Origin: Haliotis rubra
Lineage: Eukaryota
DNA length: 64,000 nt
Direction of reading: 5' to 3'
Assembly: GCF_003918875.1 (NCBI RefSeq)
Contig: NW_025767523.1
Location: forward strand, 1,426,001 to 1,490,000
Of this stretch, positions 52,901 through 64,000 are shown piece by piece. Numbering within the stretch: position 1 is the stretch's first letter; every line of letters begins with the position of its first letter. Under the pieces are notes generated by a model, which was given only the letters and a program-made list of their open reading frames with translations, made no database searches and was not told the origin of the DNA. Both the position numbers and the translations under genes were made by a program.

Positions 52901-55433
52901 CTTTTGTGGGAATAGGTTTTTGAGAGGCATACAGATGTTGGTATTCAAGTATAAGACATAATATCGTGGATGACAACGTCTTTATATTGTATACACAACG
53001 TTTCTGGGCTTCTCCTTGTGTTGTGTAGGCAATAAAAAGAAGCTGATATCCATAATATTTGGGGCGGTGGGGTAGCCTAATGGTTAAAGCGTTGGCTCGT
53101 CACGCCGAAGACCCGGGTTCGAATCCCCACATGGGCACAATGTGTGAAGCCCATTTCTGGTGTCCCCCGCCGTGATGTTGCTGGAATATTGCTAAAAGCG
53201 GTGTAAAACCAAACTCAGTCAGTCAGTCCATAATATTGTGTGGTATACTATATCACCTCAATACAAGATCGCAATAATCAATTTCAATTTAAGTTTCTTT
53301 CGAAATATTACACAAGCAAATATATATAAATTCAGAAGTAAAGCAGTATTTCCCCAGTATTTCCCCGCTTGGCAAATATGTTTCCTTCTAGATCGTTTGT
53401 TACTGTTCGCATGCGGCAATCACATGCAAAAAGTCAAATCTACAGAAGTGAGGAATGCAAAACGCCGTTACGCTTCGTTTTTTTCCACTTAGACATAATC
53501 GTTGTGGTAAGAAAGCCTAAATAGACATAATCGTTGTTGTGAAGAAGCCCAGTTAGATATAATCGCTGTTCTAAGGAAGCGCAGCTTAGAAACAATCGTT
53601 CAAAACAGAATGGACATTTAAACAATGCTTGTAAGATCTATTCATAGTCTAAAAAGATCCATCAGATGGCACTCAAAAGGGTAATACAAGCTTAATAATC
53701 AAACCAAAAGTCACTATTGATTGGCTGTGAGAGGAAGGACACCAGGGTTTGACACCAGATACGGTAAAGACCCCTTTCGTGATTTACGGAAAGGGTCGAT
53801 TGCTGCTGAATGAATTCACCTCAACCTCTGTGCTGTTGTCATTGTCACAGAACGATTCCTCCACAATTTCCATCTCACTGTTGGACAACAGTTTCCAATC
53901 GCCAATGTTGACCAGGTACTGCCACACATACGGAGCCTTCTTCTGGTGGTGGACACGAGGACAATAACAAGTGCCCCATATGTATCGTTCACACAGTTCC
54001 CTCGCCCCTCCGGTCAGGCCTCGTCTTACACTCTGTACTGAAACATCAGTCACATTCTTTATTGTTTAATGATTTGTTTATCTGCCTTTGCGTTCACTGT
54101 TAAACGTTTTGAATGTATTTGTTTGTTTCTTGTTAAACGTCCCACCACGTTTTAAATGTAAACATATACAATACATGTCCAAATATACAGTTTTCAGAAT
54201 TGTTATAGAATCATGAACGGTAGCTAGATTTGGTGAGTTACCTCCAAGGACTTTCAGGATCTAAACAGATGAAATTTGCCATTTTACAACAACTTCAACG
54301 GTCGGTACTGGTCAGTCTGAATGTGAACACGTTAAGCTGTCAAAGACAATCTTAAACAGCCCCCAGAAAAGTTACTATATGATTAATTCAAACGAAATTA
54401 CGTATTTAGATTACAATATTAACTTACAAAGTTCGTATGAATTAATGCAGGATTGCATTAAATCGACTCTCGCGCCCACTACTGGCCGAGCATTATTTCA
54501 AGCGAACCCCATTGACATGATAGAGTTATGTCCCTTGGAGAGTTCTTTACGAATACTAGACCGCCTCCGTGGTGTAGTGGTTAGAGCGTCCGCCCGGAGA
54601 GCGAAAGGTCGCGGGTTCGATCCCCGACTGCGTCATACCAAAAGAAGTTAAAATATGGTACTTTTTGGTCCCTGCCTGGCGCTCGGCATTAATGGGTACA
54701 ACAAGGACTGGTCGGCTCGGAGTCAGTATAATGTGTCTGAGTGGGGTATTCATGCTTCACTGCGGCATGGTATCTCAGTGGGCTAGCACTATAAGTCTTG
54801 GCTAGTACAAGCAGCCGCACATACCCATACACACGCATGCACGTCGTCATATGAGCGAAATATTCTCAAGCGCGACATTTAATCCAATTTCACCTCACCT
54901 CACCTTTACGAATACGAAACTTGTGATTGGAACCAGTTCGGCAAACACCGACAACACCCACTCTCCTACCCAGAGTTCCATGCGGTCAGCCAGCATAGTA
55001 CATTATGCTGAGTCATCGCTGCGCCGGTGTGTGCGACAACACCGTGTGCGGCAGTTTTCTATGTACGGAGCAATTGTTTACATTATGGCAAGTGTGATCT
55101 ATTTGGAAGTATTCGCCTCGAAGTTTCAAATATCGATTTCAGGCAAGTCGTAAGGGATAATAAGTCTTTTATTGCATCAACAGGAAGCTTAAATGAGTGT
55201 GTATGCCCCAATATATGCAATACAGGCCAAACTATTGTAGAAAATATGTGACATTGTGCCTTTAATATCGTTAACAGGTTAATCTCACCCGTGACTTCTG
55301 TACATTCATCTGTGTTTGTCTCTGATGACGTCACACCTCTTCCCCAACCCCTGCTTCGTCCTCTGCCCCTCCTTCGTCCTCTACCACGCCCTCTTCCTCT
55401 CTCAAAACCTTGTATTCCTGTGAAAACGCTCAT
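46989..55433 (-). CDS. PARP12: PARP12/ZAP-like mono-ADP-ribosyltransferase, copy 2, ~686 aa
   Basis: Coding exons: 55433-55289, 54037-53820, 50852-50646, 49980-49784, 49166-48948, 48063-46989 (2061 nt). Internal exon sizes 218/207/197/219 are identical to copy 1, no stops seen, same motifs, ends KTKVCILM*. The symbol means '-like'. Confidence 0.9.
48516..48716. mobile_element. Fully palindromic MITE with 8-bp TSD (hAT/P-like)
   Basis: cacaggccctcgtg / cacgagggcctgtg; TSD acccatac / acccatgc; empty site in copy 1 at ~24305. Confidence 0.85.
49345..49495 (+). mobile_element. tRNA-derived SINE (family A)
   Basis: Consensus ends; TSD tctgcaggtgtc. Confidence 0.8.
50920..52334 (+). mobile_element. 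Decayed Tc1 transposase, paralogous to 27900-28581, interrupted by a LINE fragment
   Basis: Same intron and position as in copy 1, with shared lesions (e.g. gaagatatgttga, gataattag). Confidence 0.88.
51399..52091 (+). mobile_element. 5'-truncated LINE 3' end (CR1/L2-group-like)
   Basis: SKLRLGCSDLN..C.C..E...HFFIFCPLYSHIR zinc-knuckle-like ORF2 end, aataaatactgtttaaac terminus, flanked by a 43-bp duplication. Confidence 0.75.
53061..53227 (+). mobile_element. tRNA-derived SINE (family A)
   Basis: Consensus match; TSD tccataatatt; empty site in copy 1 at ~28855. Confidence 0.88.
54558..54903 (+). mobile_element. tRNA-headed Meta-type SINE (family C)
   Basis: Close match to 45673-46021; TSD ctttacgaatac. 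Confidence 0.85.
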
Positions 55434-55775
55434 GTCGATCGTCTGAAGAAGATATGCACTGTTTGCTGAATATTCATGCCAAAATAATTTTCGCCACTTT
55501 TAAATCATGCGCGTCAATCAATTTAATTTATGCTCATACAAATATCTTTCAAATTAAGCTGAATATGTCATTGATATAATAAACACAAACATGTTCTGTT
55601 TGAAAGAAAGTGCCTTGTTTGGTGTGTTGCTATTCCTGTAGAGAAAAAAGTTCTTTATCACTTTCGTTTCAAACAAACAAACAAAAAACAATCGTAACAT
55701 TAGATTCCCACTTTGGCGAAACATGAGGCCTGAGAAACGTTTATGTTGCTTTTATAGCCTTATCTTACGAAGGCG

Positions 55776-56640
55776 TAAAGTACTCAATGAAATAGAAATA
55801 AAATGTTTGAAAGTTAAATATTCTATTACTATCGTTTTTCCCAAATTTGGTTTTTAACACTTTTTGTGAAATCCTGCGAAGTAGATGAGTTTACAGGAGA
55901 GCGAATCTTGTCATTTTATCACTTAACCTTTCATCAAAGTCAAAATATACGTGTCTGATGCTAGTTGTAGTATGCAAATGAGATGTGTTCCGCGTACATA
56001 TTTTTTTTATACCATTCATCCTTTATTTCTTTTATCCTAATTGATGTACAAAATAATTGATTTAGGGATTTTCTTGGTACATTTATTGTGCCTGTACTTG
56101 TTGAAAGTTTACAATTTTAACACTTCCATTCTTAGCCTTGATTGTCAACTGCACAACCGCTATGGCAACGCATGTGCAAATGCATCTTCCGGTCGAAACT
56201 GTGCTGAAGGTAGTTGTAACTCGCATTGTTGATTGTGACGTAAGCTATGACATGTTTCTAGAGTTGCTGATATTATGCAAAATTTATATTTTTACCTGTA
56301 AAATGGTATTTTGGGTGATGATAAAAGGACCAAATTAAAAGGCTTAATTGAGAAACTAAGTTGAAACTAAAGGAAAACTGATTTCTATGGATAGTCAACT
56401 TCTTTATTTCAATGCGTGCGACGTTTCGGTGTATAGGTACTAACACCGTTACCAAGCAAGTGAGTACCCACACCGAAACGTCGCACGCATCGAAATAAAG
56501 CAGTTGACTATCCATAGAAATCAGTTTTCCTTCATCTTCACAACTTCTAAAATGCCTCTCAAAGAAAATAAGTTGAAACTACCTATTTTAATGAAGTAAT
56601 AAACAAAAAACGTTTTATTTCTATTTCTGGGAGGACTTTA
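55776..56640. mobile_element. Non-autonomous TIR element containing a nested palindromic Penelope-like relic (56369-56565)
   Basis: Imperfect ~33-bp TIRs taaagtactcaatgaaatagaaataaaatgttt / aaacgttttatttctatttctgggaggacttta; the nested piece is flanked by taagttgaaacta. Confidence 0.6.
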
Positions 56641-56946
56641 GTTCAAGCAACGGCCGGGTTCGCTTCCCCATGTATAGTTATTCTATCTTTTAAAGTGGCA
56701 AGTCTAGATAACCGTCTGTTATTTATACTTTTTAGAAAAATATCATTTAAACTATTAATTATTAGCTTAGAGACTTGTGCAAGTCTAGAGCCTACGTAAA
56801 GATTTATTGAACAGACCTGTTTGTGCACTTGAAAACAACATGTGCAATTATACGTGAAATCAGTACAAACTATTTACGATTTTATCAAAATGAAAATGGT
56901 AGTGGCTATTTTTCTTTTCAGTTATGGTCAATCACGGGAATCCAGA

Positions 56947-57520
56947 GCTGTAATCTAAATATAGATTTGTGACACTCACTAGTAGGATAATAGGATCATG
57001 GTTACAGGTTACATTAATCAGTTTCTGACGAACAAGCGAAGCTGGTATTTCCGCGCGTCCGGTAATTCTGCGCAGCTGCAATAGCGTACTTCCGTATCTA
57101 ATTTAACATCGTCTGCTGTCACATCTACGCTTGAAATCGGGATATTTATAAAGGGACTGGCTTTTAATCACTAAAGGTAATTAAGTACTAGTAACAGTAA
57201 TTGACAGATAAATTGACAGTTTTATGAAAATTCGTTTTCTTCAGACTTTTAAAACTTTTTCATCATTATTTATAATTGGATTTAATATGAAACACTCTTC
57301 CTTACATTGATGAAGTGATTTTTGAAAATAATCTGGCCCTAATACGCGTCCATACTTCAAATCTCCAGCTGGATGTTATGCGCATCAGTTGCAGCGCAGA
57401 ATTACCGGACGCGCGGAAATACCAGCTTCGCTTGTTCGTCAGAAACTGATTAATGTAACCTGTAACCATGATCCTATTATCCTACTAGTGAGTGTCACAA
57501 ATCTATATTTAGATTACAGC
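56947..57520. repeat. Perfect 127-bp inverted repeat with 320-bp spacer
   Basis: 56947-57073 reads as the reverse complement of 57394-57520. Confidence 0.9.
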
Positions 57521-58517
57521 AAGCGATGTCGTCAGAACGCTGGTAAGGTCAACCGTACAGCATAATGCAACGTTAGAATCTTATATATATAATGCATACC
57601 AGCATGTTTAGTCACGTAAACCACACAATATTTGAGACTTTAGTTGCCGTGTTGCGATCGATGTGCTTAGGTGCGCTGAATTGCCGGACGGCATTGTATA
57701 TGTAGTGTCTGTCATGGGACGTTACTCTTAACAGTATCTCCTAGGCCTGTTACTTAATTTTGTACAAACAACATATACAAATTATTATTAAAGGGGGGGG
57801 GGGAAGATTGATTTTGTACATGCAGGGGGAGATCATTTACTTTGTACATAATTTTTGATTTTATTTATTTATTTATATATTTATTTATTACTTAACCGAG
57901 GGTTTTGTTTCAGGCGCACATTTTCTTAAGGATTTATAGGTGAACCATGTGCGAATTGCGCTCGCGTGGCCGAAGATCTGCGTACGGCTATCAAATTCAA
58001 CGGAAATGTAAAATATTAAATTTCCTATCCGTTGGTATAAATATAAGTGCAAATACCTTTGCGGTTTGAGAAATAGTCACTGCTAAGTGTTGTCCAAAAT
58101 TTTGTTGTGCGTATTGTGTCAAATATGGCGACATTTACGATGAAGCCTATTTTGAAAGGTCTTTTACAGCACTTTAGGCTAATTATGTGTCCCTCTGGCA
58201 CCCAGGGAGTTAACCCGGCACAAATATAAAGCAAACATAATCTGCGCGATTACAGATCAAGATTGAATTTAACAGTGCAGTCAGATCATCAATGATTATG
58301 GAGCTACACCTGACACATATATTTCTAATTTGCATTTTTCTCTGTACTCTCCTAACCAAATTTGAAGTGATTTCGACATTTTGTCAATGTAGGACTACAA
58401 CCTTACCCGCAGGGCGCTCTTGTCCGACAGAATCCGGCTGAGACAGTAGCAACGGGACCCTCTCAAAAAGGACAACCGAAACTACCCGTACTTCCGAGTA
58501 TGTGAACGGTTGTTATA

Positions 58518-58526
58518 TTCTTGGAA
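58518..58526. promoter_or_regulatory. GAS-type motif TTCTTGGAA upstream of PARP copy 2
   Basis: Paralogous to 31698-31706. Confidence 0.45.
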
Positions 58527-59193
58527 AACGTCGCTAATACTATAGTAAACATTCAATAATCCATTCCTGACCAACTCGTGTTATTCCGGGACAAGCCGTC
58601 TCCTTGGTGGTTACGGAAAGGGGCGAGTGGTGGTGAATGTCAATAATCGCGCTTCCTCGGTTAGAAGCTACGTGCAGCGACAGCGCGTTCGCAGCACTAT
58701 AAAGCCTGTTGTCCCTACAGCGGATGTTAGATAGCGTTGATAATTAGTGTAAACGCTGGCGTTTAACTATTAATAAGAAGAAAATGTTCTTCTTATTAAC
58801 ATAGTCTCATAGGCCATATGGCCAGATGTTATATTTTATATTGAGTGGTTTAAGGTGTCTATGTTTGTGTTATATATAACATGTGACACACAACTAAAAA
58901 TACTTTCTTTCTTCTCCATAACCATACGTAAATGCTATTTGTAGTCATGTAATTAAATATACAACACTCCATTGTTGCTTACAAAGCTGTGTTATTTTAT
59001 TTACTACTATCTGTTTTAGATATAATGTAGTGTCTTGTGTCTCATATGCCATATTGCCGGATGTTATATTTTACTGAATGTTTTAAACTGTCTATATATG
59101 TTTTATATATAACATGTGACACACCAATAAAAATATTTTCTTCTTCTATAATATGGCAGTCAGTATTCACGGTGCTTGGCTTCCTACATCTAT

Positions 59194-59357
59194 NNNNNNN
59201 NNNNNNNNNNNNNNNNNNNNNNNNNNNNNNNNNNNNNNNNNNNNNNNNNNNNNNNNNNNNNNNNNNNNNNNNNNNNNNNNNNNNNNNNNNNNNNNNNNNN
59301 NNNNNNNNNNNNNNNNNNNNNNNNNNNNNNNNNNNNNNNNNNNNNNNNNNNNNNNNN
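59194..59357. other. Assembly gap (N run) followed by a CATA/CA microsatellite
   Basis: Directly visible. Confidence 0.99.
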
Positions 59358-59557
59358 ATCCATGCATGCATACATGCATACATGCATACATACATACACA
59401 TACACATACACACACACATATATATGCGTGCGTGTGTGTATATGTGAGTAACTTTCGATAGGCAAACTATGAATATCAGTTTGATGAAGTTCCAACTCAT
59501 ACGGATCAAACTTGTTTTCATGTCCATCACAACTTAGCAATCCAGCAGCTGCATTTC

Positions 59558-60600
59558 TTACATGGGCAGGAACCTTCTTTGTTGACCTTCCTCATTGTCC
59601 CTATAAGCAACATCAGCATTTTCTTCCACCTGTTCAAGGTAAATAATCAAGTTGTGAAGAGCGCAAGCTGTTATAATGACACTGGGAACCTTGCCCATCA
59701 AATCCATGTCTAAGTATTTGAGTCTTCTCCGTGTACCTTCCATTAAAGCCAAGCTTCTTTCAATCACTGATCGAGCTGAAATGAATTCTGTAGTACTTTC
59801 TTTTCTATGTCGCTTAAATGACCATTATATAGGGTCATCAAACTGATCTGAATTGGATACGCACCACAGCATACGATGTGGGAATGAATTTTTTGGCAAG
59901 AAATCTGGTCGAGCAAGATGTAAAGTCAATGGGCTGTTCGGGACATGCGGGCATCGTGAACTGAGCCAACCTACCCAGCCACCGTAAATGTCCTTACAAC
60001 GCAATGTTTGAGTGAGTGAGTGAGTTTAGTTTTACGCCGCACTCAGCAATATTCCAGCTATATGGCTGTGGTCTGTAAATAATCGAGTCTGGACCAAACA
60101 ATCCAGTGATCAACGACATGAGCATCGATCTGTGCAACTGGGAACCGATGATATGTGTCAACCAAGTCAGCGAGCCTGACCACCCGATCCCGTTAGTCGC
60201 CTCTTACGACAAGCATGGGTTACTGAAGATCAATATTCTAACCCGGACCTTCACGGGTACGCCAGTGTGATCACACACTGCCTGAATCTTCATAGAAGCT
60301 GTACCAGCCTGTTTATGTAAGTTACATTACATCAGAACTCTGTTCTGATTAGGTGGATCCATGGGTACCTCTGTGCAATCAATAGCACCGACTGTATTAG
60401 GAAAGCTTCACCTTTCTGCAAATGTTTGAATATTTACAATCGTATCCTCCTTTAATGGCCATTTGATATATTCATCTCAGCTGGGCATTCTCACAGAAGC
60501 TTCTAAAGATCCTCTGCAGCTGTCCCCTCTCTATGCCAAACCGGCCCCCAACACCTCAAAAATACTCCTGATTTGCCATGGTCCACAGAGAAGGTAAAGT
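59558..60600 (-). mobile_element. Second decayed PIF/Harbinger transposase
   Basis: FPNTVGAIDCTEVP, VGSVHDAR, ARSVIERSLALMEGTRRRLKYL, ITACALHNL; split by a SINE. Confidence 0.8.
60009..60259 (-). mobile_element. Nin/Deu-domain SINE (family B), near consensus
   Basis: acccgtgaaggtccgggttagaat...gcttgtcgtaagaggcgactaa...(actc)n on the minus strand. Confidence 0.85.
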
Positions 60601-62200
60601 TTTCTTTTATAGTGTTAATGTCCGCTTGGTCTGTAACGATGCATCAAACTATCGATGCATTGCAATCGTTGTATCTCGGATAGCAATTAATCGACGGTAG
60701 AAACGAAAAAATATCGATGCATCGATAGTAAGTAAGACTATCGATAGTTTTAGCAATTGACTTCCGTTGATAAATGCGCAGCGCAAAATACAGGATGTTT
60801 GGGTGTAGACATGCAGCTTCACTGAGCTTGTTTGAACTGTTTACTTGATCTGGGTTTCAAGTTTCTTGTCAGTTATTAAAAGAGACTGAAACTACTTCAT
60901 CATGTTTTTATTTCATATAAACTATGCATTCATTTGGGAAATGACTTGAAATGAGACAATTCAAGGAGAAAAACACTATTGCAATGGTATTGCAATAGTC
61001 GGTAGCTATAGACTATCGCTGTCGCAATAGTATGTTGGACTAGTCACCCCTACTGACCGCCTTGGAGATGTGCCAGCAATATGTCCCATTAACACATAAA
61101 ACAATATTATTGTTCTGATTAGCTTGAGTAAACCTATATGAAACAAATCATTTTATTGAATGTTTTAAGATGTGAGCAAACATTGCAAATGAGACACCAA
61201 TTCACGAGAATTAGGATTTCCTTTCAGTAACAATACATACATTTTCAGGAATTTGTAAGACTGTCAAATCATGGTTCTCAAATTCCTGAAAATGCATTAA
61301 AGTATTATTCTATTCTATTCTATACAATAGGGTGTACACTGATGGATTTGTAATTGAAGGACAAACAATCATACAGATATATACACTGTATGAGTGACGC
61401 AGCACACCTTGTTATAGCGAAAACGTATGATTCCTGGGGAACTTTACTGAGGAAGTGTAAACCCAAATATAACATATGTTACATTGGGAAAATATTCTAA
61501 AACGGGAATAACTATTTCTATGTGCGTATTCATCCTTTGTTTACTTACAATGGTTGCACGGATCCCCAAACATACATCAAACACGTTTGGAAATCTAGTG
61601 ACACTTTCATTTAATCGCCGCCGACTGCTGGGTTGTCTGGCTATGAATGTAGATCCCAGGAATGTGTACTTGTATAAGACGAGTATATGGATGGCAACTT
61701 CTTGTTTATTGTATAACGCCATATGTATGTACTTGTTAGTTAAGGCAAAATGGACCAAGTGGTGAACTCATTGTCCTGATGGGTTGATGCTCATAATCTT
61801 AATCACTGGACTCTCTGGCCCAGACTCTGTTATTACATTACATCATCACAACTGTCATATATTGTCGAGTGTCGCTTAAACAAAAAAAACTCAATGTTTC
61901 CATATCATGTATCTGAGGCGCACATAAAATCTCCTAATCCTCCTCTCCAGCGCAAGTTTTTTACGAAAGTTACCTCCCCTGCCGTTTCTAGGGAGCGTTA
62001 TTATTTGTAACAGATTATCCAACCTCATAAAATGGTTCTGATACAGGCGAAACTCTTCATATACTGCTGGTTTTCAAGGATAGATGAACAGCTCTGCCGC
62101 TAAATGTTTTGCTGTAAATGTACACACGTAATTTATTTGACGTAGTTTCATTTGGATTTAAGATCAATAACTGAGTTCTCCCTCTCACGAATTTCCCAAC

Positions 62201-63149
62201 ATGGCCACTCATCCTTCACAACTTGCAGTCGACATGGAACTAAAAAAGGTATCGTTTGTGTCCACGTTAACTGATGTACGAGAGATACTTTAAAAAACGA
62301 TCTAAGTTTTCTTATATGTTAAACCTTAATTCTTGAAGTTCAATCAATGAGGTAATTATTTGGAAATATTTGATTTGTGTCCAATTTTCGATCGTAATGT
62401 CATGTACTAACTTGACTCTGGTGTTGATGAACCTGTAACCATAGTATTTTCATATTCTATGGCTTTATGATTTCCATCAAGAGACCTCTAAATTACATTT
62501 TCGTTTTCAGCCGAAGTTGGGAATTCTTTTTTTTAACGAGATTAATCTTACAAATAGATGTGGTTAAAATTATTCCACAGAACACGCATGATCACAATTG
62601 ACATGCCGAAATGAAAAGTAAAACAGCATGATATATAAAACCCAACAGATCGTGTCAAATAAGAATGGCGTATATATAACTGAATTGATCATTTTGTGCG
62701 CCATCAAAATTTCCAAACATTATCAGAGCACGATACGTTGATTTACGTTTCTATGCAATGAATGCGATGTTGCAACCAAAAATGTAAATGTTGGATTGCT
62801 GTATTTCGATTGACGGCCTATACCCAATCTGTTGATGTCCACCAACTAAAACAACAACAACAGCCTAAATGCTGTTTAATCATGTGTCCTCATGAGAATT
62901 TGCAACTGGATATGCTGATGAAAGGTCATGCAGTGCATGTTATGTGTCTGTTTTAATTAATGAAACTTCATAACCTCAACAGGCTTTTCAAGAGATGCAA
63001 TCAAAGATGATTGCAACAACACAGCAACTGAAGATATCAGATGCCCAGATTGAGACACTGAAGAGGACCATGGCACACTCAAAACTGGTGGACTCAGAGA
63101 TCTCACAGCTCCCTGGGGGAATTAGAGTGTATGAGGGGGTGGGGAGGAT
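62201..63149 (+). CDS. PFDN1: Prefoldin subunit 1, exons 1-2 (gene continues past the window)
   Basis: Exon 1 62201-62248 (MATHPSQLAVDMELKK|gt) and exon 2 62983-63149 (AFQEMQSKMIATTQQLKISDAQIETLKRT...RVYEGVGRM). VD.ELKKAF and YEGVGRM are PFDN1 hallmarks. Confidence 0.92.
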
Positions 63150-63552
63150 GTACGTACTCTCTGTCATCATCCAGGGTGTAATTGCAATAAAGGGGGAAAC
63201 ATTTATGGATATCAGCTTCTGTACAACAAAGATTTGTTTGTTTAACACCACACTGAGCAATTTTCCAGTTTTACACGGGCTGTAAATATTCGGGTCTGAC
63301 CAGAAAATCCAGTGATCAACATAGCAACTGGGATGCGATGACATGTATCAACCAAGTCTGTGAGCCTGACCACCAAATCCCATCACCCTTCTTACGGCAA
63401 GCATGGGTTGCTGAGGACCAATTCGAACCCAGATATTTATAATGAGGAGGGCGTTGTTTCGGAGTATATTCTGACTCCTTCATCAGATCATCTGTTCCTC
63501 ATTATACAACAGATGACATCCATAAAATTCCCCCTTTGTATGTACATGTATT

Positions 63553-63863
63553 CAGTGTGCGAAATAGTTTCCAAATTTTGCTAGCCAGTCGGGCTAGCTA
63601 TGCCTGAAAGTTACTAGCTCACAACATAATTCACTAGCTCGAAATTTGAATGTAGAAACTAAGCAAAATATTACAGAAAGGTAAACTACCATCATTTATC
63701 AGGCCATAATCTTGCATGATTTAAAAGTGTATTATAACTTAACAAGTCGGAGAGAGTGATATATTTAAGAAATGGCCCCATGAAACATCATCAGCCAGTT
63801 GGGCCAGTGACTGTGGAGATTTACTGACCTGACTGGACTGACCCAGTGGCTATTTGCACACTG
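63553..63863. mobile_element. hAT-like MITE in PFDN1 intron 2
   Basis: TIRs cagtgtgcgaaatag / ctatttgcacactg; 8-bp TSD catgtatt / cctgtatt. Confidence 0.7.
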
Positions 63864-64000
63864 CCTGTATTACTTCTATTTGCTATTCAAAGGTTCGTAA
63901 CATGCCTCTTTTCACCCAGAAGAGCATACCGGTAAGGATGAGATGGTAATTTGGTTTACATGCAAGAATCACTCAGGACTGATAATCCATTATTCTACAC

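Noticed and set aside
59037-59540. ORFs spanning the N run
   Set aside because: Artefacts of the gap and the adjacent microsatellite.

Overview
Intron-rich, AT-rich eukaryotic (animal) DNA with an assembly gap at 59194-59357. The SINE families present suggest a mollusc, possibly a gastropod such as abalone, but that is inference. I can reconstruct four spliced genes. (1) A complete 9-coding-exon OATP/SLCO transporter on the minus strand (5074-15427, ~614 aa). (2, 3) Two tandem paralogous minus-strand PARP12/ZAP-type mono-ADP-ribosyltransferase genes (22882-30497, ~645 aa; 46989-55433, ~686 aa). (4) The first two exons of prefoldin subunit 1 on the plus strand (62201 onward). The rest is SINEs, MITEs, decayed Tc1, Harbinger and LINE elements, and minisatellites. 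The most interesting system is the PARP pair. Both have the architecture (GR)n repeat - atypical CCCH finger - WWE - WWE - intact H-Y-I ART domain - Ser/Pro tail - basic CaaX box (CILM*), which combines PARP12-like catalysis with a ZAP-L-like prenylation signal. Copy 1 has a GAS/ISRE/GAS cluster near its 5' end that is partly deleted in copy 2, and copy 2 carries a perfect 127-bp intronic inverted repeat. All exon boundaries and alignments were read by eye, and no database searches were run.
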